Source of the DNA: a virus
Reading direction: 5' to 3' (one strand)
Virus record (IMG/VR): IMGVR_UViG_3300020463_002275
Coordinates: 1 to 64,000 of that record
DNA: 64,000 bases
In this document: piece after piece, positions 47,030 through 56,371 of the stretch
Layout: each line of letters opens with the position of its first letter
How positions within the stretch are numbered: position 1 is the stretch's first letter
Translations under genes and position numbers: made by a program
Notes under the pieces: model-generated
What the model was told of the DNA's origin: nothing
The model's input: only the letters and a program-made list of their open reading frames with translations
Database searches by the model: none

Positions 47030-48372
47030 TAAAATAAATCCTTATATTGCGGTACAATATCTAAAATATTTTGATCACGTACTTTGTCAAGTTTTTTAGT
47101 TTGATCTACAAAATGTTCTAACCATTCCTCTGAATAGTCTTCGCTCATCATAAATTTTTCTACGCCATTTAAAACTTTTGCATAATTTCCTTTTACATGG
47201 TCACTAAAGTCTGTTGTTGCAATCCAATCCTTATGTTCTTGATAATAATCTTTTACTTGTTGTTTTAATTCAGGAGGCAAAACTTTTACATTAAAATATT
47301 TAGGACTATGACACATATGATGTGTAAGTATAGGTCTCATACCATCAATAGGATTAAATTTATCTAATCCACTTTCAGTAAGTTTCCATTTCATAAAATC
47401 TGCCATATGGAATACATTATAAGGTGTAACAGTAAACGCAAACCATGCTTTGAGATTAATTTTTTCATTTTGCTGTAGCGTCATCATATGTTTGTATACT
47501 GCATCAAACTTTGCAGGAGTGCGTTGATAGTTAAACACATCACCTATGCCATCTATACTAACACCAATTCTAATTTGTTTAAATTGTTCCCACAGATAAA
47601 CTAATCTATCAGGAACCATTGTAAGATTACTATTATATTCTAATTGTATCTGTTTACTTTTACCAGACGCTACTAAACGTTCTAAACTTTCTTGATGTTC
47701 TTTAATAATTAAAGGTTCGCCGCCAACTATATAAAGTTTTTTTGCTTTAGGCCCGTACTTTTCAAAATTACTCCAGTATCTATTATTATTTTGAAACCAA
47801 TCATATTGATCAGTATGCCACTTGCCTTTGGCATTTTTAGTAAGTTTAATTTTTTCATGTGTATCTTTGTATTCTGTTTTTCCTGTTATTGCAACAAAAT
47901 CATCATACCATTTATGACTGTCTGTAGGTCCACACATTCTACATTTTAAATTACAAAAATTACCGTATCGTACATCCATAAATTCGATTGGCAAACTTTC
48001 AGCATCAATAGTTCCATCTTCTTCAGTATGTGGTAACATTTTTTCTAAACTTATATCGCCAAACCATTTACCCCAATCGTCATTTTCATACTCACGTCTG
48101 CTACGAATACCGTTTACTTCTTCTTGTCGGCAACGTTCGCACTCAGGATGCCATTCGCCTTTCATCATTGACTTTCTTACTTCTTTTAGTATTTCTGCAT
48201 TACGTGCTTCGTTCCAATCATCTTTGCCTGCATTATACGGAGTACCATCTTCTTTAGACATGATACCACGCTTAGGACTGTAACTGTTTGTGTTACAACA
48301 AATACGCAAATCACCATTGTTACGCATGTTAATACTATTCCACGGTAATGGGCAAAAAGTACAATCACTCAT
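47029..48372 (-). CDS. Radical SAM enzyme with N-terminal SPASM/twitch-like domain
   Basis: CPLPW...GDLRICC...CERC, then GNFCNLKCRMC, GGEPL, YNSN. Confidence 0.88.
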   Translation of the reverse strand: MSDCTFCPLPWNSINMRNNGDLRICCNTNSYSPKRGIMSKEDGTPYNAGKDDWNEARNAEILKEVRKSMMKGEWHPECERCRQEEVNGIRSRREYENDDWGKWFGDISLEKMLPHTEEDGTIDAESLPIEFMDVRYGNFCNLKCRMCGPTDSHKWYDDFVAITGKTEYKDTHEKIKLTKNAKGKWHTDQYDWFQNNNRYWSNFEKYGPKAKKLYIVGGEPLIIKEHQESLERLVASGKSKQIQLEYNSNLTMVPDRLVYLWEQFKQIRIGVSIDGIGDVFNYQRTPAKFDAVYKHMMTLQQNEKINLKAWFAFTVTPYNVFHMADFMKWKLTESGLDKFNPIDGMRPILTHHMCHSPKYFNVKVLPPELKQQVKDYYQEHKDWIATTDFSDHVKGNYAKVLNGVEKFMMSEDYSEEWLEHFVDQTKKLDKVRDQNILDIVPQYKDLF

Positions 48373-49781
48373 TTGATATCCTCAAAAATATCTTTCATTT
48401 CAGGAAAAGTTTCTGCGAAAGAAATACCACGTTGCTTGTCACATAAATCTAAAAATTCTTTCATTTCAGGCAAGCGTTGTGTCCAATCTTCGCTTTCCAT
48501 AAACTGTAACATACCGTTAAGTCTGCTTATTCCATAACTAGCATTACGCCATGTATCATAATCAACTTTTCCTTTGTGCCAACTAGGAACACCTTTTTCC
48601 CAGTTTTCTTCCCACCACGGGTACCATGCTTCATATTTTTCACGACATTTTTCTTTAAACCACTTTGGTAAAATTTTAACATTAAGATGTGGTGGATGAT
48701 AAACAAAGTGATAATTAATAGCACCTGCACCAAATGGCCACATGTTAATTTTTTTAAAATTTTGTTCTAGTTTCCATTGTATAAAGTCAGGTAAGTAGTA
48801 AATGTTTAAAGCCTGTACTGCACAAGCAACTGTAACTTCTGTATTATTAGGTGTTTCGTTATCTAAAATATGAAACACTTCTTCTTGACGTTTCCAATTA
48901 CTAGGATAACGTATATAATCGTTCATTTCCTTAATACTATCTATTGAATAATGAAAACGTACTAATTTAAATTCTTTCCACAAGTCAAATAAATCTTCAC
49001 GCCATTCAACTCCATTTGAATTATAGCGTAGTTCTAAATCTTTTGCATATCCCATTTTAATTGCATGTTCAAGTATTTCGTAGTGTTCTTCAATAATAAG
49101 GCTTTCGCCTCCTGCAAAATAAATTTGTTGCATACTTGGCATTTGTTCATAAAACTGATTCCAAAATACAGGATTTTGTTTATGCCAATTATAACTACTT
49201 CCATTAAAACTACCTTTGTCTTTCCATTGCATAGTTTCTTTAAGACTTTCATCTTGTACTGCTGGAAAAATCTTTTTATAATCTTTAATCCATCCTGATG
49301 AATCATGAGGTGAACACATAACACAAGCAAGTTGGCACTTAGTTCCAAAACGTAAATCAATATATGCTAACTGTGGAGGTACACTTCCATCTTCTTTTGT
49401 ATCTGCAACTATTTTATCAACATCAACACGCTGACTCCAATAGTGTGTTTCCCACATACGTTTTGAATTATGTCCTGCGGCTTCTTCTTTGTAACACTTG
49501 ATACAACTTGGAGGCATTTCTCCGTTAAGCATTTGTTTACGCACATTCTTCATATATGTACTATTCCATGCTGTTTCAAAATCACTAACATTTAAGTTAT
49601 TAGGTCTTCCATGCTCATCTTTGAGAATACCAACTTGTCCTCCGTGTTCTTTATCGTTTGTAGGACCAACTGAACTTGCATTTGCAGTACAGCATACTCG
49701 CATGCTACCGTCAGGTCTAGTACTTAAATGTACCCAAGGTAGTAAGCAGAATGTTTCTGATGGTGATTTAAAGTCTTTCAT
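48369..49781 (-). CDS. Radical SAM enzyme with N-terminal SPASM/twitch-like domain (paralog of the adjacent gene)
   Basis: CLLPW...GSMRVCC...CIKC, then CQLACVMC, GGES, YNSN. Confidence 0.88.
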   Translation of the reverse strand: MKDFKSPSETFCLLPWVHLSTRPDGSMRVCCTANASSVGPTNDKEHGGQVGILKDEHGRPNNLNVSDFETAWNSTYMKNVRKQMLNGEMPPSCIKCYKEEAAGHNSKRMWETHYWSQRVDVDKIVADTKEDGSVPPQLAYIDLRFGTKCQLACVMCSPHDSSGWIKDYKKIFPAVQDESLKETMQWKDKGSFNGSSYNWHKQNPVFWNQFYEQMPSMQQIYFAGGESLIIEEHYEILEHAIKMGYAKDLELRYNSNGVEWREDLFDLWKEFKLVRFHYSIDSIKEMNDYIRYPSNWKRQEEVFHILDNETPNNTEVTVACAVQALNIYYLPDFIQWKLEQNFKKINMWPFGAGAINYHFVYHPPHLNVKILPKWFKEKCREKYEAWYPWWEENWEKGVPSWHKGKVDYDTWRNASYGISRLNGMLQFMESEDWTQRLPEMKEFLDLCDKQRGISFAETFPEMKDIFEDIK

Positions 49782-50824
49782 TATAAGTGTACATCTCTAA
49801 CTAATTGTTTGCATTTTCTTACACAAACAAAATATGTTTGTAAGTGATCGTCTATAAGTTTCCAATAACCACCTATTATATCTACTAAATTTGTGTGGTG
49901 TAGATTATGTAAATTTTTATCAACTTTGTGTGTTTCCCAAAGTTGTTCAATCTCGTTTGGATTACCCATCCAACAACAAGGCGTTACATATCCTCTTGCA
50001 TCAACATATATATTGCCAAACTTCTTGTGAAATTCAGTATCGCCACTATTTGTTTTTGCAGGACATTTTACACAACTTATTTCAGTATTTGATTTGTGTG
50101 TTTCTTTCTTATCCTTATCACCAAATTTAATATCTGATATTTCTACATCGTCAATCTTGTTTGCATCGCTAGTATCATACCAATCTGGTACTTCAAATTT
50201 TGTATCTCTTTCGTTGTCAATTTCATCTACTACTTCTCTATCACTATGAATCAACATTAGTTTTGAAAATCCTTCTCGATCTAACCTTTCCTTTACATCA
50301 TCTAATTGATGTTTATTGTGCGAGAATACAATAAATTGCCAAACAGCATCTCCTCCTGCGGCAATGTATGCTCTAAAATTACGCTGTAGTATTTCCCATT
50401 TTACATTTCGTCTATAAAGATGATTAGTATCTTCTAAACCGTCTATACCAAAAACTACAGTTAACTTACCCTTTTTTTTACTAATACGACCTAACTTGTG
50501 CCAAAACGCAACATCTCTTGTACCACCATTGGTGCTAATTGATATTTTTTTTGTTTGTATACTTAATGTATGTGCCCATTGTACTAGATCTATTAATTCT
50601 GGATTAATAGATGGTTCATCAACACTTCCACAAAAATGAATATCTGTCAATTGATCCCAATTGTACTTACTAAACCATTTCTTGTAATTTTCTAACGTAT
50701 GTGCGGCATTATTAAGATCGCTTAAATGCATATCGGCTCTGTCGCATTGCGGACATGCCGCATTGCAATAATTTGTACATTCTAGTTGCAATCTACCAAC
50801 TTGTGTTGTATTAAACCATTCCAT
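49781..50824 (-). CDS. Radical SAM enzyme with C-terminal SPASM-like domain
   Basis: CNAACPQC, CGSVDEP, STNGG, YVDARGYVTPCCW...CVRKC. Confidence 0.88.
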   Translation of the reverse strand: MEWFNTTQVGRLQLECTNYCNAACPQCDRADMHLSDLNNAAHTLENYKKWFSKYNWDQLTDIHFCGSVDEPSINPELIDLVQWAHTLSIQTKKISISTNGGTRDVAFWHKLGRISKKKGKLTVVFGIDGLEDTNHLYRRNVKWEILQRNFRAYIAAGGDAVWQFIVFSHNKHQLDDVKERLDREGFSKLMLIHSDREVVDEIDNERDTKFEVPDWYDTSDANKIDDVEISDIKFGDKDKKETHKSNTEISCVKCPAKTNSGDTEFHKKFGNIYVDARGYVTPCCWMGNPNEIEQLWETHKVDKNLHNLHHTNLVDIIGGYWKLIDDHLQTYFVCVRKCKQLVRDVHL

Positions 50825-50835
50825 GATATACGTAC

Positions 50836-51924
50836 TTATCTGAACTGTTCACCGTAAGGATCGAACTCGGTGCCACACTTTTGAGAACAAACTCCAAGTT
50901 TACCATCTGCAACACTAGACTTATTCCAACTATTTGTTATGCTTCCGATTAGTTGTCCATTAACTACATCTTCTATATCATTTTCTATAATACTAATTCC
51001 TTGTTTTCCGCCAGCACTATCTATATGATCCCATATTTGTTCAACTTTAGGATCTGCATGCCACCACTTGTACATTCTTCCTGCTGTCCAACAACACGGC
51101 ATTAACAATCCCTCTGCTGTAACAAATATACTACCTTGCTTCGCAACTTTACATTTTATAGAACATTTGTCTAAATATTCTTTCATACTTCCATATGACT
51201 TTACTATTTCTGCTTGTTTTAACAATGCTAAATTTTTATTTTTTTCTTCTTTTGGTTGTTGCAGTTTTTGTGTTTCAGCACCTTTTCTGTTTACCGCTTG
51301 GTGATGATATTTAGGTTTTATATCAGTAGTTACAAATCTACCACTTTTCTTTTTAATAAATTTTTCACACCCCCATTGATTAGCAAGTGCTTCTGCTTCA
51401 TCTACTTGATGTTCGTTATGCTGAAATATTAAGAAATCCCAACGTGCTCTGCCTCCAGCATCAATAAATGCTTGCATGTTTCTTTCTACATTATCCCATA
51501 CAACATTTTGTCTGTATAGATGATTTGTATCACGCAATCCATCAACACTAAAAATAACAGCACCCTTTCTTCCTATTACTTCTGCTAATTTTGCCCACCA
51601 ATAGATATCTTTGGCGCCAGCATTAGTATTCATACTAAGCCACATATTAGAATTATGTTCTCTAAAATATTGAAATATTTCTAATGTATCTTTTGCAACT
51701 ATAGGATCTCCTAAGTTACCGCACATATACATAACATTCAATTGCTTGATAAATGAAGGACTAAACATACGCTTGGTATCTTCAATACTTAATTCAGCAT
51801 TTGTTATGTGAGGATTGTCAGCACCGCCATTCATATTACGATCACACATAGGACAAGCCGCCTGGCAACGTTGAGTCACCTCTAAATGAACTTCCTTAAT
51901 ATCTGCGAATCTATACATTCTCAT
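50836..51924 (-). CDS. Radical SAM enzyme with C-terminal SPASM-like domain (paralog of the adjacent gene)
   Basis: CQAACPMC, CGNLGDP, NTNAG, FVTAEGLLMPCCW...CSQKC. Confidence 0.88.
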   Translation of the reverse strand: MRMYRFADIKEVHLEVTQRCQAACPMCDRNMNGGADNPHITNAELSIEDTKRMFSPSFIKQLNVMYMCGNLGDPIVAKDTLEIFQYFREHNSNMWLSMNTNAGAKDIYWWAKLAEVIGRKGAVIFSVDGLRDTNHLYRQNVVWDNVERNMQAFIDAGGRARWDFLIFQHNEHQVDEAEALANQWGCEKFIKKKSGRFVTTDIKPKYHHQAVNRKGAETQKLQQPKEEKNKNLALLKQAEIVKSYGSMKEYLDKCSIKCKVAKQGSIFVTAEGLLMPCCWTAGRMYKWWHADPKVEQIWDHIDSAGGKQGISIIENDIEDVVNGQLIGSITNSWNKSSVADGKLGVCSQKCGTEFDPYGEQFR

Positions 51925-52480
51925 TTTGTTTTAACAATTCACTTAACAAATGTGCTTTAAGTAGCACCGCTTGGCTATAACTTTTGTGTGAGATATTTAA
52001 AAAATTATTGTCTACTTTAAACGAATCAGCATCTATAAGTTTTATTTGACCGTCTGATGTAAAAACGATATTTGATAAGTTAATGTCGTCATGGAAAAAA
52101 TATTGACCTTTAGGAAGATGTTTTTCACTAAACTCAAGACAATCAAAATATACACGGTTGTAAAATTTTACAATCTTAAGAGCATTTTCTAATGTAGACA
52201 TTTTGTGCAATCTGTCGTACTCATCTGCTTCATCTAGTACATCGTATCCATCACAAACAATATCAAGACGTTCCATTTTATAAATATCTCTTGTTTTCCA
52301 TTCAATCGGCTTTACAACATAACTGTGATCTTTTGAAAATAGTACATATAAGTTGTAATATTCCTCTTCCCATCCCCTTTGACCAACTTTTATTATTTTT
52401 GTAGCATTTTTCTCTTGAAGTTTTATCGTAGCATTGTTTCTTTTAATTATTTTTGCGTTATAAAAATTTTTATCCATCAT
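51911..52480 (-). CDS. Small protein-kinase-like (PKL/APH) phosphotransferase
   Basis: IIK, EEEY, HDDINLSN catalytic loop, KLIDADSF metal-binding motif. Confidence 0.65.
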   Translation of the reverse strand: MMDKNFYNAKIIKRNNATIKLQEKNATKIIKVGQRGWEEEYYNLYVLFSKDHSYVVKPIEWKTRDIYKMERLDIVCDGYDVLDEADEYDRLHKMSTLENALKIVKFYNRVYFDCLEFSEKHLPKGQYFFHDDINLSNIVFTSDGQIKLIDADSFKVDNNFLNISHKSYSQAVLLKAHLLSELLKQNENV

Positions 52481-52694
52481 ATACCAACTTTACTTCTTTA
52501 CCAGGACCTACACGACTTGGTAAATCTCCATACTGTTCAATATACCATTCAATAACAGCCACATACCAATTTTGACTGTTGTGATGTGCTTGCTTGTTGA
52601 ACTTATAAATGTTATTATTAGTTGCTTCCATACAACTCAAGGCTCTAGCACTTTCAGTTTGTAATTGTCTAAGTGTTAATTTATTTGCGTCCAA
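52470..52694 (-). CDS. Small hypothetical protein
   Basis: Overlaps both neighbours. Confidence 0.55.
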   Translation of the reverse strand: MDANKLTLRQLQTESARALSCMEATNNNIYKFNKQAHHNSQNWYVAVIEWYIEQYGDLPSRVGPGKEVKLVYDG

Positions 52695-55600
52695 TTTTCA
52701 TATACCTTGTGTATTGCCCTAAGTCAAGTTCTCCTTCATATAAAACTGTTTGCATAGGCGCACTTGCACTAAACTCTTGTAAACTGCTAGAGCAATTAAC
52801 ATGTTCTTCAATGCTAAAATAGTTATTACTTTGTAATATGATTAATCTTCCTTCGGGCAATAAATCATACCATTTAGAAAAATTATCAATATGCTCACAA
52901 CTTGTATTAATAATAGTGTGTGGCATTTCCGTCAACGGAGCAGTTGTTCCGTCAAGTCTTTCAGTTGTATAACTATGTTCAACGTAATCTATATCCATTA
53001 TATCTTGTGTTGTTGCTTTAAATTTCCATGTATCACTTACCAAGTCTGCATTGAATATTTCTGCTATTTTCCATGCTTTAGAATCTAAATCAAAACTTCT
53101 AATTTTCTCAAAATCTATTTTGTGTTCCTGTAACATCGGAACAACACTACTATACCAACCAGCACATAAAAATACTGTTCCTAAATCAGGACAAACTTTT
53201 TTTACTTCTTCCACTAACCACTTTTTACTTTTTAACTGACCTCTGCTCATTACGTCTTTATCATATTTAATATTTTGCTTATCAAGTACTTCTAATGGTT
53301 TAACATATAAACTACCTGTATATTTTTCTAATACACGCCATAATGCATGCCTATTATTATCCATAGTAAGATTGACTTCGTCAGTAACACTAGGTTCTAA
53401 TCTTTTAATACTCCAAATATTTTTAAATAGTCCTGCTTTCTTTATATCTTCTACTAATGTATCTTTGCCTTCGATTAATCTAAACAAACTCATTTCATTT
53501 GATTCGACTAATGCTTTTCTTAAATCTTCTGTGGTATCACTATTGTCTATAAGTCTAAACAAACTATGAACATTTTTTTCTGTAACTGCTTTACGTAAAT
53601 CTTCGTATTCATCTCCTAGTAATCTAAAAAGGCTATGTATGTTTTTTTCTGTAACTGCTTTACGTAAATCTTCATGATTGTCTCCAAGCAATCTAAATAG
53701 ACTATGAAGATTTTCTTCAACTACAGTCTTTCGTAGATCTTCATGTTCATCGCCAACTAGCCTAAACAAACTGTGTACATTATCTTCAGTAATTGCTTTA
53801 CGTAACTCTTCATGATCTTTACCTAATAATCTAAACAAACTATGCACATTTTTTTCAATATACATTTTTCTTATATCTTCAATACCTTCAATACCTTTAT
53901 CTTCTAGATATCTAAATAAACTATGGTAATTTCTTTCTTCTACAAATTTACGTAAATCTTCATTTCCGGTTATACGAAGAATGTCTAACATATGTCCATC
54001 ATTATAAAATCTTCTTAGATTAGTTACTTTATCACCGTACAGTATTTCAAATCTATCTAGCAAATCTACAATAAAATTATCTCTAGGCGGTAATGGGTCG
54101 TCTTCTTTAAAAGGTATTGTTTGTTTCCATTCAGTATCTGCTTGTATTTCTGTAAGTTCTATTTTAACAGGTTGTGTGTTAGATGTAGTTTCTTTATCAT
54201 TATACATCTGTTGCCATTCTTCTGTTGTATCTGTAGTTTCAGTAAACTGTTCATACAACCAATTGAAGTCATTTATTAACCTAAGATCAGACCCACTAGA
54301 AAGGCCAAACTCCATACCAGCGGTAGCACCTGCCAAAGCAAACTCCCCAAATGGTCTATCGCGTCCCACGGTTGTCCAAGTTTTAAGTCTTTCATTTGTT
54401 TCGTCCTCCTTTTGTCTATCAATTACTTTACTGCTTAGTTTTGCACATTCTCTAAATGCACTACGCCAAGTACTAAACTCGCTTGAATTAAATGCAGTTA
54501 TGCAAGATATTTTTTCCATTTTTTTAAATCTATCACTAATACTTGTAGTCATATCAGGACGACTAGTATCCATATCACGAGTCATTTGTGTTGGAAATAA
54601 TTTTACACCGCCATATCCGTATACTAAATCATTTATAGGATTTTGACTACGCCATACGTGTACTGCTCTGTTATCTTCAGCAATATAATCAAAGTTAAAA
54701 TCATCTGCAATTACAGCATCACCATCTACAATCCAAAACATTTCAGTCGAACAAACGTTTGCCGCGGCAATATGTGCTTGATGTATTCCTTTTACTCCAT
54801 GTATACGTTGGGCTCTTGGAAAACGTGTTTTTAACTTATTAAAGTTTTCGTCGGCGTTTGCTTCGTCATAAGATATCATTACAATATCATATTCAGTTTT
54901 TTTAGTAGGAACAAAGTTAGACGAAAAAGTGTTAAATTGCGTTGTATTTGTACGTATATAAGGATGTTCAGGTCTTGGTGGGTTGCGGTATGTATTTTTA
55001 AAAAACTTGCTCTGTTGAGCATCTAAGGGCGTTACAGCAATAGGTAATTCTATATCTGCAAGTATACGTTCACCGTAATCTTCAATTGCTTCTAGTAAGT
55101 CACTTTCGTCTTGCACTTTATTTTTCCAAAGATCATTTAAGTATTCAAAGTCGCGTACATTAATATACTCCCAATCAGTACACATTGTTTTGTGCAATCC
55201 TTCTCTGGCTCCATAAATTGCCCATAATCCGTTAGTTACATCTGCGCCTGCCATACACCAGACATATAGTCTTTCCAAATTTTTCCAATGATTTCCTATG
55301 AGTTCTTTTTTTGCAGGTTTGATACCTTCAATTAAACACATTTTTACACCTTCTCGGAAACCGGCACGCCATGCTTGGTGTGGTGTAGCATTATTATGAA
55401 CAGTACTCATTAAACTATTAATTTGTATGTACTCAAGGTCCCAACAAAAATCAATACCTGCCGCTATATTATCAGGATCTGCATTTTCGTGTGTTTTCAT
55501 TTTTAGGACAGTTTCTCTATCCCAACACTTTATACCACCATTTCCGTAACGCAGTCCGTTAATAATATTATCAGCAGTCCAACTAACAACGTGTCTAGTA

Positions 55601-55857
55601 AGATCAACACCTTCTTGAAAGTTAATCACTTCGTTCAAGAATTGTTCATCTATTTGATTATCACCATCGATGGTAATAAATCTTTTTGTTTTGGCTATTT
55701 CTGCACAGGCTTTGTGAGCGGCATCTGATCCTTCTACACCGTGTATACGTTTAGCCCACGGAACTTTAGTTAATAAGTTCGTGTAATTTTCTTCTGCATT
55801 TGGCTCGTCATATGACAAATATATGATATCATAATCTAAAACTTTAAATTGCTTCAT
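52681..55857 (-). CDS. Fusion of two GT-A-like domains, a 23-aa tandem repeat and a class I SAM methyltransferase-like domain
   Basis: Two homologous domains (YDIIYLSYDE..IDGDN / YDIVMISYDE..VDGDA, each with AWR/TWR..FRE); repeat unit EDLRKAVTEKNVHSLFRLLGDEH; C-terminal FLCAGWY, SFDLD, IINTSCEH. Confidence 0.75.
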   Translation of the reverse strand: MKQFKVLDYDIIYLSYDEPNAEENYTNLLTKVPWAKRIHGVEGSDAAHKACAEIAKTKRFITIDGDNQIDEQFLNEVINFQEGVDLTRHVVSWTADNIINGLRYGNGGIKCWDRETVLKMKTHENADPDNIAAGIDFCWDLEYIQINSLMSTVHNNATPHQAWRAGFREGVKMCLIEGIKPAKKELIGNHWKNLERLYVWCMAGADVTNGLWAIYGAREGLHKTMCTDWEYINVRDFEYLNDLWKNKVQDESDLLEAIEDYGERILADIELPIAVTPLDAQQSKFFKNTYRNPPRPEHPYIRTNTTQFNTFSSNFVPTKKTEYDIVMISYDEANADENFNKLKTRFPRAQRIHGVKGIHQAHIAAANVCSTEMFWIVDGDAVIADDFNFDYIAEDNRAVHVWRSQNPINDLVYGYGGVKLFPTQMTRDMDTSRPDMTTSISDRFKKMEKISCITAFNSSEFSTWRSAFRECAKLSSKVIDRQKEDETNERLKTWTTVGRDRPFGEFALAGATAGMEFGLSSGSDLRLINDFNWLYEQFTETTDTTEEWQQMYNDKETTSNTQPVKIELTEIQADTEWKQTIPFKEDDPLPPRDNFIVDLLDRFEILYGDKVTNLRRFYNDGHMLDILRITGNEDLRKFVEERNYHSLFRYLEDKGIEGIEDIRKMYIEKNVHSLFRLLGKDHEELRKAITEDNVHSLFRLVGDEHEDLRKTVVEENLHSLFRLLGDNHEDLRKAVTEKNIHSLFRLLGDEYEDLRKAVTEKNVHSLFRLIDNSDTTEDLRKALVESNEMSLFRLIEGKDTLVEDIKKAGLFKNIWSIKRLEPSVTDEVNLTMDNNRHALWRVLEKYTGSLYVKPLEVLDKQNIKYDKDVMSRGQLKSKKWLVEEVKKVCPDLGTVFLCAGWYSSVVPMLQEHKIDFEKIRSFDLDSKAWKIAEIFNADLVSDTWKFKATTQDIMDIDYVEHSYTTERLDGTTAPLTEMPHTIINTSCEHIDNFSKWYDLLPEGRLIILQSNNYFSIEEHVNCSSSLQEFSASAPMQTVLYEGELDLGQYTRYMKIGRK
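53474..53961 (-). repeat. In-frame tandem repeat, ~69 bp (23 aa) period, about 7 copies plus degenerate ones
   Basis: tgtaactgctttacgtaaatcttc occurs at 53581 and 53650 (69 bp apart); the HSLFRL motif recurs. Confidence 0.85.
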
Positions 55858-56371
55858 CTACATATCCATAAGTGTTAAATATCTTTGGTGTGTATATACT
55901 TACATCACCTTCTTCGTCATCATATTCGAACTGAACTGTATGTCCGTTTGCTATTTGTTCTACTGTAGCGTCAAATGTTCTAATTAATAAATGCGGATCA
56001 TTTGCTTTTGTAATACTAAACTTGCACACTTGATTAGGATTTAACAAAAGGTTTTCTTTTACGTTTACAAACAATTTCCAATTACGCCATTTTATATTTC
56101 TTGTGATTATACAATCTGCATTGTCTTGTTTAGGAATATGATAAATTACATCTTTTATATCATAACTAAATTTTGGCTGTTCGTATTCTAATAATGTATA
56201 TTCTTTTTTTGCCAAATCAAACTTTACAACATAATTTTGTTTTTTGTCTGGGTTTTCCATAAAGTCAACATATAAGTCTTCGTCTACTTCTAAAGCATAT
56301 TCATGATCAGGAGTATAGTTTTGTAAACCTGTTACTTTACTTGTATCTTTATCAAATATTAACCAGTACAT
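55844..56371 (-). CDS. Hypothetical protein in the glycosyltransferase operon
   Basis: Overlapping start/stop with neighbours. Confidence 0.6.
   Translation of the reverse strand: MYWLIFDKDTSKVTGLQNYTPDHEYALEVDEDLYVDFMENPDKKQNYVVKFDLAKKEYTLLEYEQPKFSYDIKDVIYHIPKQDNADCIITRNIKWRNWKLFVNVKENLLLNPNQVCKFSITKANDPHLLIRTFDATVEQIANGHTVQFEYDDEEGDVSIYTPKIFNTYGYVDEAI

Noticed and set aside
53474-53961. 69 bp repeats as a CRISPR-like or non-coding array
   Set aside because: They are in frame, have no unique spacers and diverge mostly at synonymous or conservative positions, so this is a protein repeat.
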